This document shows positions 7,754-15,774 of a DNA stretch of 48,041 nucleotides, in pieces. Source of the DNA: a virus; IMG/VR virus record IMGVR_UViG_3300028747_000001; one strand, 5' to 3'. The notes under the pieces are model-generated. The model did not search any database. It saw only the letters and a list, made by a program, of their open reading frames with translations, and had not been told where the DNA came from. Each line of letters begins with the position of its first letter. Positions within the stretch are counted from its first letter, which is position 1. The position numbers and the translations under genes are program-made.

Positions 7754-7783
7754 AGTATAAAACCGTTACTTTCTCACCGTCAA
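7754..7783 (-). promoter_or_regulatory. Conserved promoter cassette (half-palindrome)
   Basis: Minus strand reads TTGACG-gtgagaaagtaacggttt-TATACT. Confidence 0.6.
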
Positions 7784-7786
7784 CAA

Positions 7787-7912
7787 CTATTTGACGAACG
7801 AGCGCAACCACGCTGATATGGCGTCGACGGTATCTTTCGGAACAACAAACGTACCGCCATCGAGCCATACGGTACGTTTGCGCGGGCGATGCTTCAGATG
7901 TCTAACCTTCAT
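7787..7912 (-). CDS. Hypothetical small protein (41 aa)
   Basis: ATG at 7912 (MKVRHLK...) overlaps the upstream stop by 11 nt. Confidence 0.35.
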   Translation of the reverse strand: MKVRHLKHRPRKRTVWLDGGTFVVPKDTVDAISAWLRSFVK

Positions 7913-8126
7913 CGTCAATGTATCCAAAGATTTCGACACGCACCTTGCACATCGGGTTGCGGAGCGCAAAGTACCGTGCATGACACACGGCACTAACCTT
8001 TTTCCAACTGGCCCGACCGTTCAGTATCAGCGTACGGGTCGACCCGTCAGGTTCTGTCACACGGATGTGCCAGTCAGCATCTTCACCGATAGTCAGGTTC
8101 TGTAAATGGCTGGTATGGAGCGTCAT
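7902..8126 (-). CDS. Hypothetical protein (74 aa)
   Basis: ATGA overlap with 8123-8320. GGAG SD. The track start at 8141 is a TTG. Confidence 0.5.
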   Translation of the reverse strand: MTLHTSHLQNLTIGEDADWHIRVTEPDGSTRTLILNGRASWKKVSAVCHARYFALRNPMCKVRVEIFGYIDDEG

Positions 8127-8320
8127 GGTAGTTTGCTCCAATAGACCTCCGACATACGCCGGTTGTCAATTATCCGGTCGCGCATCAAGGTGTAGTCAGC
8201 AATTTGACGCAGACATATGGCACGTCCCGCACCGGATTGCATCTTGGCGTACGCAACGCGATATCCGTCAATTGCATCACCGCAAGCAATAATGAGCGTC
8301 ATCAGACCATAGCGAATCAT
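8123..8320 (-). CDS. Hypothetical protein (65 aa)
   Basis: ATGA overlap with the upstream gene. Confidence 0.5.
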   Translation of the reverse strand: MIRYGLMTLIIACGDAIDGYRVAYAKMQSGAGRAICLRQIADYTLMRDRIIDNRRMSEVYWSKLP

Positions 8321-8580
8321 GTTCGTCCTTTGTCAGGATCGGAATCAGCATAACCAAGTTCAAACGCCGCACGGTGCACCGCCGCTTCCAGCCGGGCAAT
8401 ATAGTCGTCCTTGGCTTTCAGGTCGCGCCGACGCTGTGCCTCAAGTTCCTTGTATGCAACACGCACCGCGAACAGTTCATTGACCAGACGCCCAATATCG
8501 CGGCGGGCATCTTCGTATTTGACAAAATCACCATCCGCACACATGTCAAGCGCGGTCGGCGAAACGTTATACCGGATCAT
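8317..8580 (-). CDS. Hypothetical protein (87 aa; start uncertain)
   Basis: The ATG at 8580 has a GGAG SD. The track start at 8637 is a TTG. Confidence 0.45.
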   Translation of the reverse strand: MIRYNVSPTALDMCADGDFVKYEDARRDIGRLVNELFAVRVAYKELEAQRRRDLKAKDDYIARLEAAVHRAAFELGYADSDPDKGRT

Positions 8581-8749
8581 GGTCGCGGCGCTCCACAATA
8601 ATTGACGGGTCATCCCCGCACGGCCAGTTGATATCAAGTACGCGCGGATCGACTTCGGGCGGCATCATGTGATAGCGCAGCGCGACCCAACCGACCGTCA
8701 ACGACGCAATCAGCATCATTGCTACCATTACGTACAGAAATGCTGTCAT
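8567..8749 (-). CDS. Small membrane protein (60 aa)
   Basis: Start at MTAFLYVMVAMMLIASL... with GGAG SD, downstream of the promoter. One transmembrane segment. Confidence 0.5.
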   Translation of the reverse strand: MTAFLYVMVAMMLIASLTVGWVALRYHMMPPEVDPRVLDINWPCGDDPSIIVERRDHDPV

Positions 8750-8778
8750 TGTTTGGCTCCATATAGTCAACGGTGGCA

Positions 8779-8807
8779 AGTATGAACCGTAAGTAACGGT
8801 TTTACAA
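8779..8807 (-). promoter_or_regulatory. Conserved promoter cassette
   Basis: Minus strand reads TTGTAA-aaccgttacttacggtt-CATACT. The palindrome is at 8785-8801. Confidence 0.6.
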
Positions 8808-8817
8808 GCACAAACAA

Positions 8818-8846
8818 AACGCCCTATGCTAACCACATAGGGCGTT
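8818..8846 (-). terminator. Rho-independent terminator
   Basis: 11-bp stem aacgccctatg/catagggcgtt, then TTTTGTTTG on the minus strand. Confidence 0.75.
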
Positions 8847-8901
8847 CCTTCCAACAATGCGAACTAGCTATACGAGCCGTCGTTCGGCGTGAGAAACCTT
8901 T

Positions 8902-9222
8902 TTACTGTTCGGTACTTACCGGGCCGTTCTGAGACACAGCGGGCGCATCGGTCTGTACTGCTGCCTGCGCACCTGTCGACGCCGCTGCGGCGGTCGGCGT
9001 ATCCGATTTCTCGAACATCGCTTCGAAATGCGACACGCCCGCTTCGATGTTGTCTTTCAGCCAGGTTGCATCTTTTTCGAGCAACGCCAGAATGCGCGTC
9101 ACCAGCGATTCATGTTCGGCCGGAACGGTGACCGATACCGTTGCAACAGCGCCAGCGGCCGGAGCGTCATCTGTGAATGAATGTTTCGTCAACAGGAGCA
9201 TTGCAAGAATCGACTTCTTCAT
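8902..9222 (-). CDS. Hypothetical protein, possibly secreted (106 aa)
   Basis: Start at MKKSILAMLLL.... Followed by a terminator. Confidence 0.5.
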   Translation of the reverse strand: MKKSILAMLLLTKHSFTDDAPAAGAVATVSVTVPAEHESLVTRILALLEKDATWLKDNIEAGVSHFEAMFEKSDTPTAAAASTGAQAAVQTDAPAVSQNGPVSTEQ

Positions 9223-9249
9223 GATAGGGATATCCTTTCGAAAGGTTTG

Positions 9250-9266
9250 GATCGTTACTAACGTTA
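9250..9266. promoter_or_regulatory. Degenerate palindrome copy (13/17) with no convincing -35/-10
   Basis: gatcgttactaacgtta, about 30 nt upstream of the 9222 start. Confidence 0.35.
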
Positions 9267-9283
9267 CAGCAGAGCGGAGTGTA

Positions 9284-9469
9284 TCACAACAGATGCCCAA
9301 ACGCGTCGTCAATCTTCGCTGCGTCATCTATCACACGCGCATCGGGCCACAACCGTTGCACCATCTGGCGGACCACACGAGCGTACGAATCTTCGCCGCG
9401 CTGTTCACACCCTTGCGCTATATGCAAAAGCGTGACTTTCTCAACTGCGGTGATTGGGAACTGTTGCAT
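9284..9469 (-). CDS. Hypothetical protein (61 aa)
   Basis: ATG-initiated ORF in the co-directional gene train. Confidence 0.4.
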   Translation of the reverse strand: MQQFPITAVEKVTLLHIAQGCEQRGEDSYARVVRQMVQRLWPDARVIDDAAKIDDAFGHLL

Positions 9470-9659
9470 GGTGTACCCCTAACGGTAACTTGACCTGTTT
9501 GCGAAGACGACGCATGTACATGTAGCGTGGAATGGTCGTCGCTGCTTCGCTGAAATCGCTAGAACGAAACAACTTGCCGTCCATTTCCTCACCCGGAAAC
9601 CACGCGGCGATCCACCCATTTGCAACACTCATTGCCATCCGTAGCTTAAGTGTCTGCAT
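9441..9659 (-). CDS. Hypothetical protein (72 aa)
   Basis: ATG start overlapping the upstream stop by 14 nt. Confidence 0.4.
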   Translation of the reverse strand: MQTLKLRMAMSVANGWIAAWFPGEEMDGKLFRSSDFSEAATTIPRYMYMRRLRKQVKLPLGVHHATVPNHRS

Positions 9660-9966
9660 TTCGCGCCTCTGCTAAAGCAAGCAGAATCTTATCGATAAGC
9701 GACTCGACCAGTTCAGGCGTCACCTTGTCATGCTCGATATCGCCTTGCGCATCCATCAGCCGGTCGATTGCTTCAAGCATGCGCGCCTGTGCGTCTTTGT
9801 CCTGTTCACAAAGCGCCAGCCTGATACCACGCCACCGTTGGGCGTCGACCGCAAGCGCGGGCAATAAAGCAGCGAGTGAACGCGTTTCGACAAGAGACAA
9901 CAATACGCTCCCATTCGACTCAATCCATTCGAGCCGCGCGATAAGTTCATTTATTGTGTGAGACAT
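9646..9966 (-). CDS. Hypothetical protein (106 aa)
   Basis: ATG-initiated ORF in the gene train. Confidence 0.55.
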   Translation of the reverse strand: MSHTINELIARLEWIESNGSVLLSLVETRSLAALLPALAVDAQRWRGIRLALCEQDKDAQARMLEAIDRLMDAQGDIEHDKVTPELVESLIDKILLALAEARNADT

Positions 9967-9983
9967 GATGGGGGTGCGCTCCG

Positions 9984-10292
9984 TTACGACGCGGTTGCTG
10001 CGGTGAGCGCCGCTTGCGTCTTGGCGTGCGCTTCCTTCTCTGCGGTCAGTTCCGCCGTCAGTTCGTCAATCTTCGTGTTCATCAACGCAACCGTACCCGC
10101 ACCTTCATTGTTCGCGGTCTGCAACGCTTCGTTCTGCTCCGTCAGTTCCGCCTGCTTTGCAATGGCCGTCTTGAGTGACTGTTGCAATGTGGTGACGTCG
10201 GCCGGTGCGGATGCTACACCAGCGAGCGCCGCGAACTCTTTGGCCTGCGAATGTGCGGTTGACGGTCCTGCGATGTTTGTAGGCTTGCCCAT
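9984..10292 (-). CDS. Coiled-coil hypothetical protein (102 aa)
   Basis: Start at MGKPTNIAG... with GGAG SD. Ala/Glu/Thr-rich heptad-like C-terminus. Confidence 0.55.
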   Translation of the reverse strand: MGKPTNIAGPSTAHSQAKEFAALAGVASAPADVTTLQQSLKTAIAKQAELTEQNEALQTANNEGAGTVALMNTKIDELTAELTAEKEAHAKTQAALTAATAS

Positions 10293-10346
10293 ATCGGTCA
10301 ATCTCCAGTTGTTAGACGCCATTGCGTCATGGGGTCGAAATACTTC

Positions 10347-10375
10347 TTGTCAAACCGTTAGTAACGGTCTACAAC
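10347..10375 (+). promoter_or_regulatory. Conserved promoter cassette driving the lone plus-strand gene
   Basis: TTGTCA-aaccgttagtaacggtc-TACAAC. The palindrome is at 10353-10369. Confidence 0.55.
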
Positions 10376-10378
10376 GGA

Positions 10379-10407
10379 ACTGTACGGCAAATGCCGTGCC
10401 AATTCAA
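10379..10407 (-). promoter_or_regulatory. Candidate divergent promoter. The palindrome falls at about +3 to +19 of its transcript
   Basis: Minus strand reads TTGAAT-17 nt-TACAGT. Confidence 0.35.
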
Positions 10408-10431
10408 CCGACATTTTAACAGGTGACCAAG

Positions 10432-11022
10432 ATGAACAAGACACACATTCGCGCATATACCAAGGCGCTTGTAGAAGCAGCGATGCACAAACAGACCGCA
10501 CTCGAAATAGAGCTATCAGTCGGTCTGGCCGTTATGTACGACAGTGAGCCGTCACGCAGGTTAGGGCGCGAAACACTGTTGACGATTTATAACGGTGCAG
10601 GCTGGCAGTGCAGCAAGCCCGGTACGCTCGATTGGCGCGCAGTCAACCGGCGTATTACCGCAGCTATCGCACTGTACGACACGCACATGAAGGGCGACGT
10701 TGCGGAACTGGCCCAAACGGTGAAGGCAGTAGACCTGGTGAGCGCACTGCGCCCGGCCGTTGCGGCACTCAAGGTCAAGTCAGTCAATGAAGTACTGCTA
10801 GCATGCGACAAGGTGCGCGCGCCGCGCAAGGGCGGATCGTCACACGGTGAAGGTCAGCGACTCGAAGCAGGACACTTGCATCTGACCATTCCAGCCAGTG
10901 CGACGCGTGAGGACATGCTAGCGTTGGCAACGCAACTGATGGAACTGGCGATGTCGAAGTTTGAACAGCCAGAAGTGGCGCAACCTGAGAGTCAGGAAGC
11001 ATTGACAGGTGAGGCAGCATAA
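10432..11022 (+). CDS. Hypothetical protein (196 aa). The only plus-strand gene inside a minus-strand region
   Basis: ATG with AGGTGA SD. Own promoter and terminator. Confidence 0.65.
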   Translation: MNKTHIRAYTKALVEAAMHKQTALEIELSVGLAVMYDSEPSRRLGRETLLTIYNGAGWQCSKPGTLDWRAVNRRITAAIALYDTHMKGDVAELAQTVKAVDLVSALRPAVAALKVKSVNEVLLACDKVRAPRKGGSSHGEGQRLEAGHLHLTIPASATREDMLALATQLMELAMSKFEQPEVAQPESQEALTGEAA

Positions 11023-11027
11023 AAAAT

Positions 11028-11049
11028 GGGCCGCGTGAGTGCGCGGCCC
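11028..11049. terminator. Bidirectional terminator between convergent genes
   Basis: Stem gggccgcg/cgcggccc, flanked by an A-run on the plus side, which gives a T-run on the minus strand. Confidence 0.65.
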
Positions 11050-11059
11050 GAAGCCCCCA

Positions 11060-11317
11060 TCATGGCATACTGCCCCGCCTATTATGCCGCATGATGGTGT
11101 TAAGCATCCTGCGCCGCCAGTTGGACCGTCCGTTGCGTAACATCCGGTCAATGACGATAGTCGCGTTACTGGCGGCATTAACTTCTTCGACATCAAGCAG
11201 ACCTCGCCTGATACTGATGGTCAAATCCTCGACGTCACACACGTACGCGAACCGTATCCACGCTGTGCGCTCGATGGTCCGTTGTGGTCCGCTATGCTTC
11301 GACATATTCAATCCCAT
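11060..11317 (-). CDS. Hypothetical protein (85 aa; alternative start at 11305)
   Basis: ORF overlapping the upstream stop. Confidence 0.4.
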   Translation of the reverse strand: MGLNMSKHSGPQRTIERTAWIRFAYVCDVEDLTISIRRGLLDVEEVNAASNATIVIDRMLRNGRSNWRRRMLNTIMRHNRRGSMP

Positions 11318-11573
11318 CCCGTATCACAACAGGTTCGTCGTCATCAATCAAACGTAACTTCCATTGCTCGATGCCCAATTTATCTGACCACATGAGAACA
11401 AGTTCCGGCAAGTGCCGATGGTCATAGCCCTTAAAATCCTTGCCGTCTTCGACCACCCATGCAGGGCCGCGCGATGTATAGCCATGTTGCTCAACCAGCC
11501 GAACCACACGGTTGTGATTCTCATAGTGCTCACTGATAACGATTGCGGCACGTGCGCCGGGTTCCCATTTCAT
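11292..11573 (-). CDS. Hypothetical protein (93 aa)
   Basis: ATGA overlap with the terS stop. Confidence 0.55.
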   Translation of the reverse strand: MKWEPGARAAIVISEHYENHNRVVRLVEQHGYTSRGPAWVVEDGKDFKGYDHRHLPELVLMWSDKLGIEQWKLRLIDDDEPVVIRDGIEYVEA

Positions 11574-12385
11574 ATCGCCCCCTTCATCAGTTCCTGATAC
11601 TGTCGTGACGCCTCAAGCGGATCAACCGATACCACTGTAACCTGTTGCGCGCCCTGTGCGTTGATGCCGACCTGATTCGTTACCTGCACTGCTGGGGCGT
11701 CCTTGGCGATGTTGAACTCTTTGGCAAGCAGCGATAGCGCGTGTGCCTGGTCGCGCTGCTTTATCTCGATGCCGTCTTTCGTCACCTTCACACCAGCGAA
11801 CAGACGCTTCGCTGCGCCCCGCAATTTACGGGTGTCCTTGAATATCGTTTTCACATGACCTTCGCCCAGGCACTTAGGGCATTCCGGGTTAGGTGAACCA
11901 GTCACATCGAACCCATACCCGCCGACGTCGACCGGTAGCGGATCAAGTTCTAATGGCCCCTGCGTCATACCAATGTCACGGTTCTTTTCCCACTCGCTCT
12001 GCTTACGCGCGTTCCGGTCTATCGCCTCTGCCAGCGCAAAGCCGAACTCCGCGTCGTTTTTCCACTGATAGTGATATCCCATGCCCCAACAGTGACGGCA
12101 GCAACGAACCTGCACTTCTGACAGTTGGCTTGCATCGGCCGTTGCGATTTCAGTGATAAGGGCCAGAACACCAGCACGATCAATTGTTGCAACTGACACG
12201 GTTGCTTCGCGGGCATCTTGAACCCTCTGTTTTATCTCTGGCTTTTGCATCAACGTCCACGCGTTGTTGCTGATAGTTGATGTGAGCATGCGCCCAACGT
12301 CATATGCACGCCGATACGCTTCGGTGGCATTCCCCGTTTCGAGATATGCCAACACGAATGCATCCTGTTTTGGTGTCAATTTCAT
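11570..12385 (-). CDS. terS: Terminase small subunit with a Cys-rich C-terminal extension
   Basis: The N-terminus MKLTPKQDAFVLAYLETGNATEAYRRAYDV matches the Terminase_2-type HTH signature (LTPKQ..F...Y...GNAT.A). CxxC...CPKC pairs follow. Confidence 0.75.
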   Translation of the reverse strand: MKLTPKQDAFVLAYLETGNATEAYRRAYDVGRMLTSTISNNAWTLMQKPEIKQRVQDAREATVSVATIDRAGVLALITEIATADASQLSEVQVRCCRHCWGMGYHYQWKNDAEFGFALAEAIDRNARKQSEWEKNRDIGMTQGPLELDPLPVDVGGYGFDVTGSPNPECPKCLGEGHVKTIFKDTRKLRGAAKRLFAGVKVTKDGIEIKQRDQAHALSLLAKEFNIAKDAPAVQVTNQVGINAQGAQQVTVVSVDPLEASRQYQELMKGAI

Positions 12386-12401
12386 AGTTGATAAGCATTC
12401 T

Positions 12402-12536
12402 CAGAACACAGAACGTTCCAGAACAGGTTTGGCCTAAAGTCTATATCCATACCTAATATACCTCTAATACCACTTTAATACCACTTTTTGACTAGCTCTT
12501 TTTACACAGACTGTTCTGGTGTGTTCTGTGTTCTGG
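12402..12536. repeat. Mirror-symmetric locus with an AT-rich core; candidate ori or pac/terS-binding region
   Basis: Read directly. Three CAGAAC hexamers lie at 12402, 12409 and 12419, and three GTTCTG at 12513, 12523 and 12530 (spacings 7/10 and 10/7). The core holds phased ATACC repeats and a tandem 11-mer (12465-12486). Confidence 0.85.
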
Positions 12537-12544
12537 CGCATCAT

Positions 12545-15172
12545 TTACAACAACGCCTGCAACGTCTGATAACCGAACCCTTTTGAATACGGTCGATACG
12601 TTGCAAACGCTTTTGCGGTGTTTTCTTTGCATATGACCCCCGGCAACAACCATTGAACAACATTACGAACGATCCATACGCGCTGCTTGTTGCCGTTTTC
12701 GTCATACACGGGCAATTCGACCTGATGCATACCAGCATCATCAAGCGCATGCCGCATGGAAGATGACAAACGTTTGACGCCAGAAACATCGCCATCATTC
12801 ATGACGCTCAACAGGTCAGAAACGGTGATGAAATCACAAGGCCAATGGGAAGCGATCATGCTGGCAAGCTTCTGAAACTCCGACTTCGAAGCAGCAATAG
12901 CGCGGCGCTTGGCTTCAGTTACGGGCGGTCGCGCACCGGGATTGAACCGCGACAAGTCTCGAGTCCGCAACCATGCGCCAAGCGAATCGATAAACGCGGG
13001 TTGGTCAAGCAGACCATACAGATAGACATAGATGTGTTCTGCACGTGGTGCAGCAGACAGGTGAACCACATCCCATCGTCTGTCGGCATCGTCCATTGGC
13101 ACGGCGTTCTTGTGATTGGAGTACAGCAACCAGCGGCACGCGTTGTGTTCAATGTACTCACGCCCGTACTTGGGTTTGATATAGCGTGTTTCCTCCGTGA
13201 GCATGTTGCGAATCTTGCCTTCCATCATGTACGCGTCTTCACGCGCACCGGCACGGATTTCATCAACGATGGCAATCACACGCCCTGCCAGCGCCCCATT
13301 GAATCCACCGTTGATGAGTGCGTCCATGTCGACGCTAGGCGCAACATATCCGCGCCAAAGACGACTGATGACCGATGCGACCCAATTACGGCCAGTACCG
13401 TAGTGGTCGGCGATATGCAACCATCCAAAATGCGGCAACACGCCGGGTTGTTGCTCGATGTGCGCCAGCCAGTCAAGGAAGCGTTCAGTTGCATCGCCAA
13501 ACAGGTATTGCACCTGTTCAATGAACGGCCCGATGTCGACGCTATATGCGCCACGTTCGACAGGTCTCCACATGTTCAACGCGCTGCGTCCATTCGGGTC
13601 GGCAGTGATGATGTTGCCGCCAGCATGAAAGGTGCGCGTCTGCACCATCTTGCGCGTTGGGTGCCGCAACCATTCCCGCGTGTGCTCGATGGTGCGACCA
13701 TCCGCGGTCAGGCTGTTGGACGCTGCCATGGTATTACGGAAGTCGGCAAGTGCGAAGTTCATGTAACGGTCATACACGTTGCCGACCTGTGAGCCGTCGC
13801 TGATAAATACGAACTGCTCAATCATCTGACCGATGCTCATCACTGGCGCAAGCAGAATGGTTTCTTCAGGCAGGTTCAGTGCGATGTTGGTCTGTCGCGT
13901 CAACTCGCGTAGATCGGCGTTCGGCCGTGCGCTACGCATCGCCACCATCTTGCGGCACTCATCGATCTTGAGCCGGTGCCCATGGTTGGCAAGCGTCGTC
14001 TGTACATGACCGGCCAGCAATTCACGCAACGTTGGGTCGATGCGCTGATCGAGCGCTGCCTCACTTGCAACCGCACGTACCGCATGCACATCACCGGCTG
14101 CACTGATGCGGTCATAGTATTCGTCATATGCGGCAGCAGCATCAGCAACAACGTCGGCGTTCAATGACGTCGCGCGCTGGAACATGACTTTCGTCGTCAT
14201 TGCACATGCACGCTCGATATCCCATTGCATGTAAGTGCGTTGCGCGTCATGCTGCTCATACGCCTTGCCGCGCCGGAACGCCGCACGTGACATCAGCCGC
14301 TCTATACGTTCGCAATCCTTGCCGGTCCAGTAAGCAAACCGTGTAGCAAGCGCGAACGCGGCGTTACTGTGGTCGAAGGTGTCGTTGTCGGCAGGATAAG
14401 CCTGAGATAGAACGGCAACGTTTGCATTGAACAGGTCGGCATTTGAAGCAATCGCATTACTGCTAATGGCAGGCGCTTCGGGAGAAAGATGGGCAAACGC
14501 TTCGCTTGCACTACGCGGTGCCGGTGCGGACAAAAACTGACGTAACAGTTCTTCATCATCGGCGGGTCCGTTCCATTCAGGTATGGGTGCTGTTGTCCAT
14601 GTGAGCGGCATCGCGCCAGCACCGGGGGTTATGGGGAATTTGTCCGTAATGAACTGGTTGAGCGTCGCGCCAAAGTCGTACACGTTGCCAACGGCACCGC
14701 GACCAGTGAGCGCAATGAAGCGGCCGGTACGGTAGCATTCGAACTTCCCACGCTTGCGGCCGGTGAATCCGTGCGGCGTTGTGCCAGCCACAAACAGATG
14801 CATACCGGTACCTGACTGTGATGCCTCAAATGCCGCACCGGGGAACCGGCTGAACGCATCGAGCGCATCGGCATCCCACGCACCATCAGTCACGCATCCA
14901 TCAACGTCGATGAATACGAACGGGTCGGCGTCGGTTACAACGAACGCTACGCCCATTCCGCTTGTGCGCGCCGATGCCAGCGCAGTCTCTGCGTCGCACC
15001 AGCTTGTCGGGTCTGTGCTGCTGCCCTGATAGCCTGCGATGCTATACGGCATCTTGCGGGGCTTGCCGCCAGATGGGTCAGCCTGCAATTGCCACAACAT
15101 GAACTGCCGGTACTGCGTCAGGGGCTTGAACGGGCCGTCAAGCGCGGCCCTTAATGCTGCATAGTCGTGCAT
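12545..15172 (-). CDS. Bifunctional primase-polymerase (AEP-type N-terminus) fused to a D5/P4-like SF3 helicase
   Basis: 875 aa. The N-terminus has FVFIDVDG and GTGMHLFV motifs. The C-terminal P-loop region has HYGTGRNW, then ...IVDE. Confidence 0.8.
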   Translation of the reverse strand: MHDYAALRAALDGPFKPLTQYRQFMLWQLQADPSGGKPRKMPYSIAGYQGSSTDPTSWCDAETALASARTSGMGVAFVVTDADPFVFIDVDGCVTDGAWDADALDAFSRFPGAAFEASQSGTGMHLFVAGTTPHGFTGRKRGKFECYRTGRFIALTGRGAVGNVYDFGATLNQFITDKFPITPGAGAMPLTWTTAPIPEWNGPADDEELLRQFLSAPAPRSASEAFAHLSPEAPAISSNAIASNADLFNANVAVLSQAYPADNDTFDHSNAAFALATRFAYWTGKDCERIERLMSRAAFRRGKAYEQHDAQRTYMQWDIERACAMTTKVMFQRATSLNADVVADAAAAYDEYYDRISAAGDVHAVRAVASEAALDQRIDPTLRELLAGHVQTTLANHGHRLKIDECRKMVAMRSARPNADLRELTRQTNIALNLPEETILLAPVMSIGQMIEQFVFISDGSQVGNVYDRYMNFALADFRNTMAASNSLTADGRTIEHTREWLRHPTRKMVQTRTFHAGGNIITADPNGRSALNMWRPVERGAYSVDIGPFIEQVQYLFGDATERFLDWLAHIEQQPGVLPHFGWLHIADHYGTGRNWVASVISRLWRGYVAPSVDMDALINGGFNGALAGRVIAIVDEIRAGAREDAYMMEGKIRNMLTEETRYIKPKYGREYIEHNACRWLLYSNHKNAVPMDDADRRWDVVHLSAAPRAEHIYVYLYGLLDQPAFIDSLGAWLRTRDLSRFNPGARPPVTEAKRRAIAASKSEFQKLASMIASHWPCDFITVSDLLSVMNDGDVSGVKRLSSSMRHALDDAGMHQVELPVYDENGNKQRVWIVRNVVQWLLPGVICKENTAKAFATYRPYSKGFGYQTLQALL

Positions 15173-15193
15173 GGTTTATTGCCCGGCAGAAGA

Positions 15194-15376
15194 TTAACGA
15201 ACACCCTTGACGCCATGCTTTTCAGCCAGCGCAACGATGGCGAACCGGTAGATATCAGCGGTATTGAGGCGAATACCGGTGGCCTTTTCGGTCGCTTCAT
15301 GAACCTTGGAATAGTTCTGTTTGTCATCCTCATCAAGACGGACAGATACAAAGTTTGGGGGAATGATAGCGGGCAT
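15194..15376 (-). CDS. Ribbon-helix-helix (Arc/CopG-like) DNA-binding protein (60 aa)
   Basis: MPAIIPPNFVSVRLDEDDKQNY...: an N-terminal beta-strand then two helices. Confidence 0.5.
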   Translation of the reverse strand: MPAIIPPNFVSVRLDEDDKQNYSKVHEATEKATGIRLNTADIYRFAIVALAEKHGVKGVR

Positions 15377-15441
15377 GTAGATAGCTCCAATGTGTGTAAA
15401 TGTGTGGACGTCACACAAGGCAGGAGCTTAACACAAATAGA

Positions 15442-15464
15442 AAGGCCCGCGCGGTGCGGGCCTT
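15442..15464 (-). terminator. Rho-independent terminator
   Basis: Stem ggcccgc/gcgggcc, then TTTCTATTTGTGTT on the minus strand. Confidence 0.6.
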
Positions 15465-15467
15465 ATG

Positions 15468-15563
15468 TCAGTCCAGAAGTATCAGCCATATGCTGACGAA
15501 TATTAGTGTCCACCACCAATCGCCGTACAGTGCAGCAATGATTGCGAAAAGCAGCATGAACAT
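15468..15563 (-). CDS. Unlisted 31-aa hydrophobic peptide (MFMLLFAIIAALYGDWWWTLIFVSIWLILLD)
   Basis: My own translation. The ATG lies 1 nt after the upstream stop. Below the track's size cut-off. Confidence 0.35.
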   Translation of the reverse strand: MFMLLFAIIAALYGDWWWTLIFVSIWLILLD

Positions 15564-15564
15564 G

Positions 15565-15774
15565 TCACGGCTCCAGGATGGCAACAAGGTTAGCGATGCC
15601 ATGGACGCCGGGTTGGCACGGATGTCTTATCCATGGACGCGCACCGCCGCTCACGCCCGGCACATATCCATGCAGCGCGTGCGTTAGTACAAATTCGACG
15701 TCGTGACATGCCTGCGTGGGATAGTCGAACTCTTTGGCCTGCCCGCAATAGCTACATTTATAGATGAGCTTCAT
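15565..15774 (-). CDS. Hypothetical protein (69 aa), Cys-containing
   Basis: ATGA overlap with the upstream gene. Confidence 0.5.
   Translation of the reverse strand: MKLIYKCSYCGQAKEFDYPTQACHDVEFVLTHALHGYVPGVSGGARPWIRHPCQPGVHGIANLVAILEP

Noticed and set aside
12845-13792. A 315-aa plus-strand ORF antisense to the primase-helicase. Similar long antisense ORFs occur at 32336-33298, 39680-40510, 19027-19713, 20996-21625, 25048-25632, 16328-16936, 38220-38828 and 47033-47874
   Set aside because: These are shadow ORFs opposite well-supported genes. They are Arg/Cys-rich with odd composition, have no SD or promoter context, and break the tight coupling pattern of the real genes.
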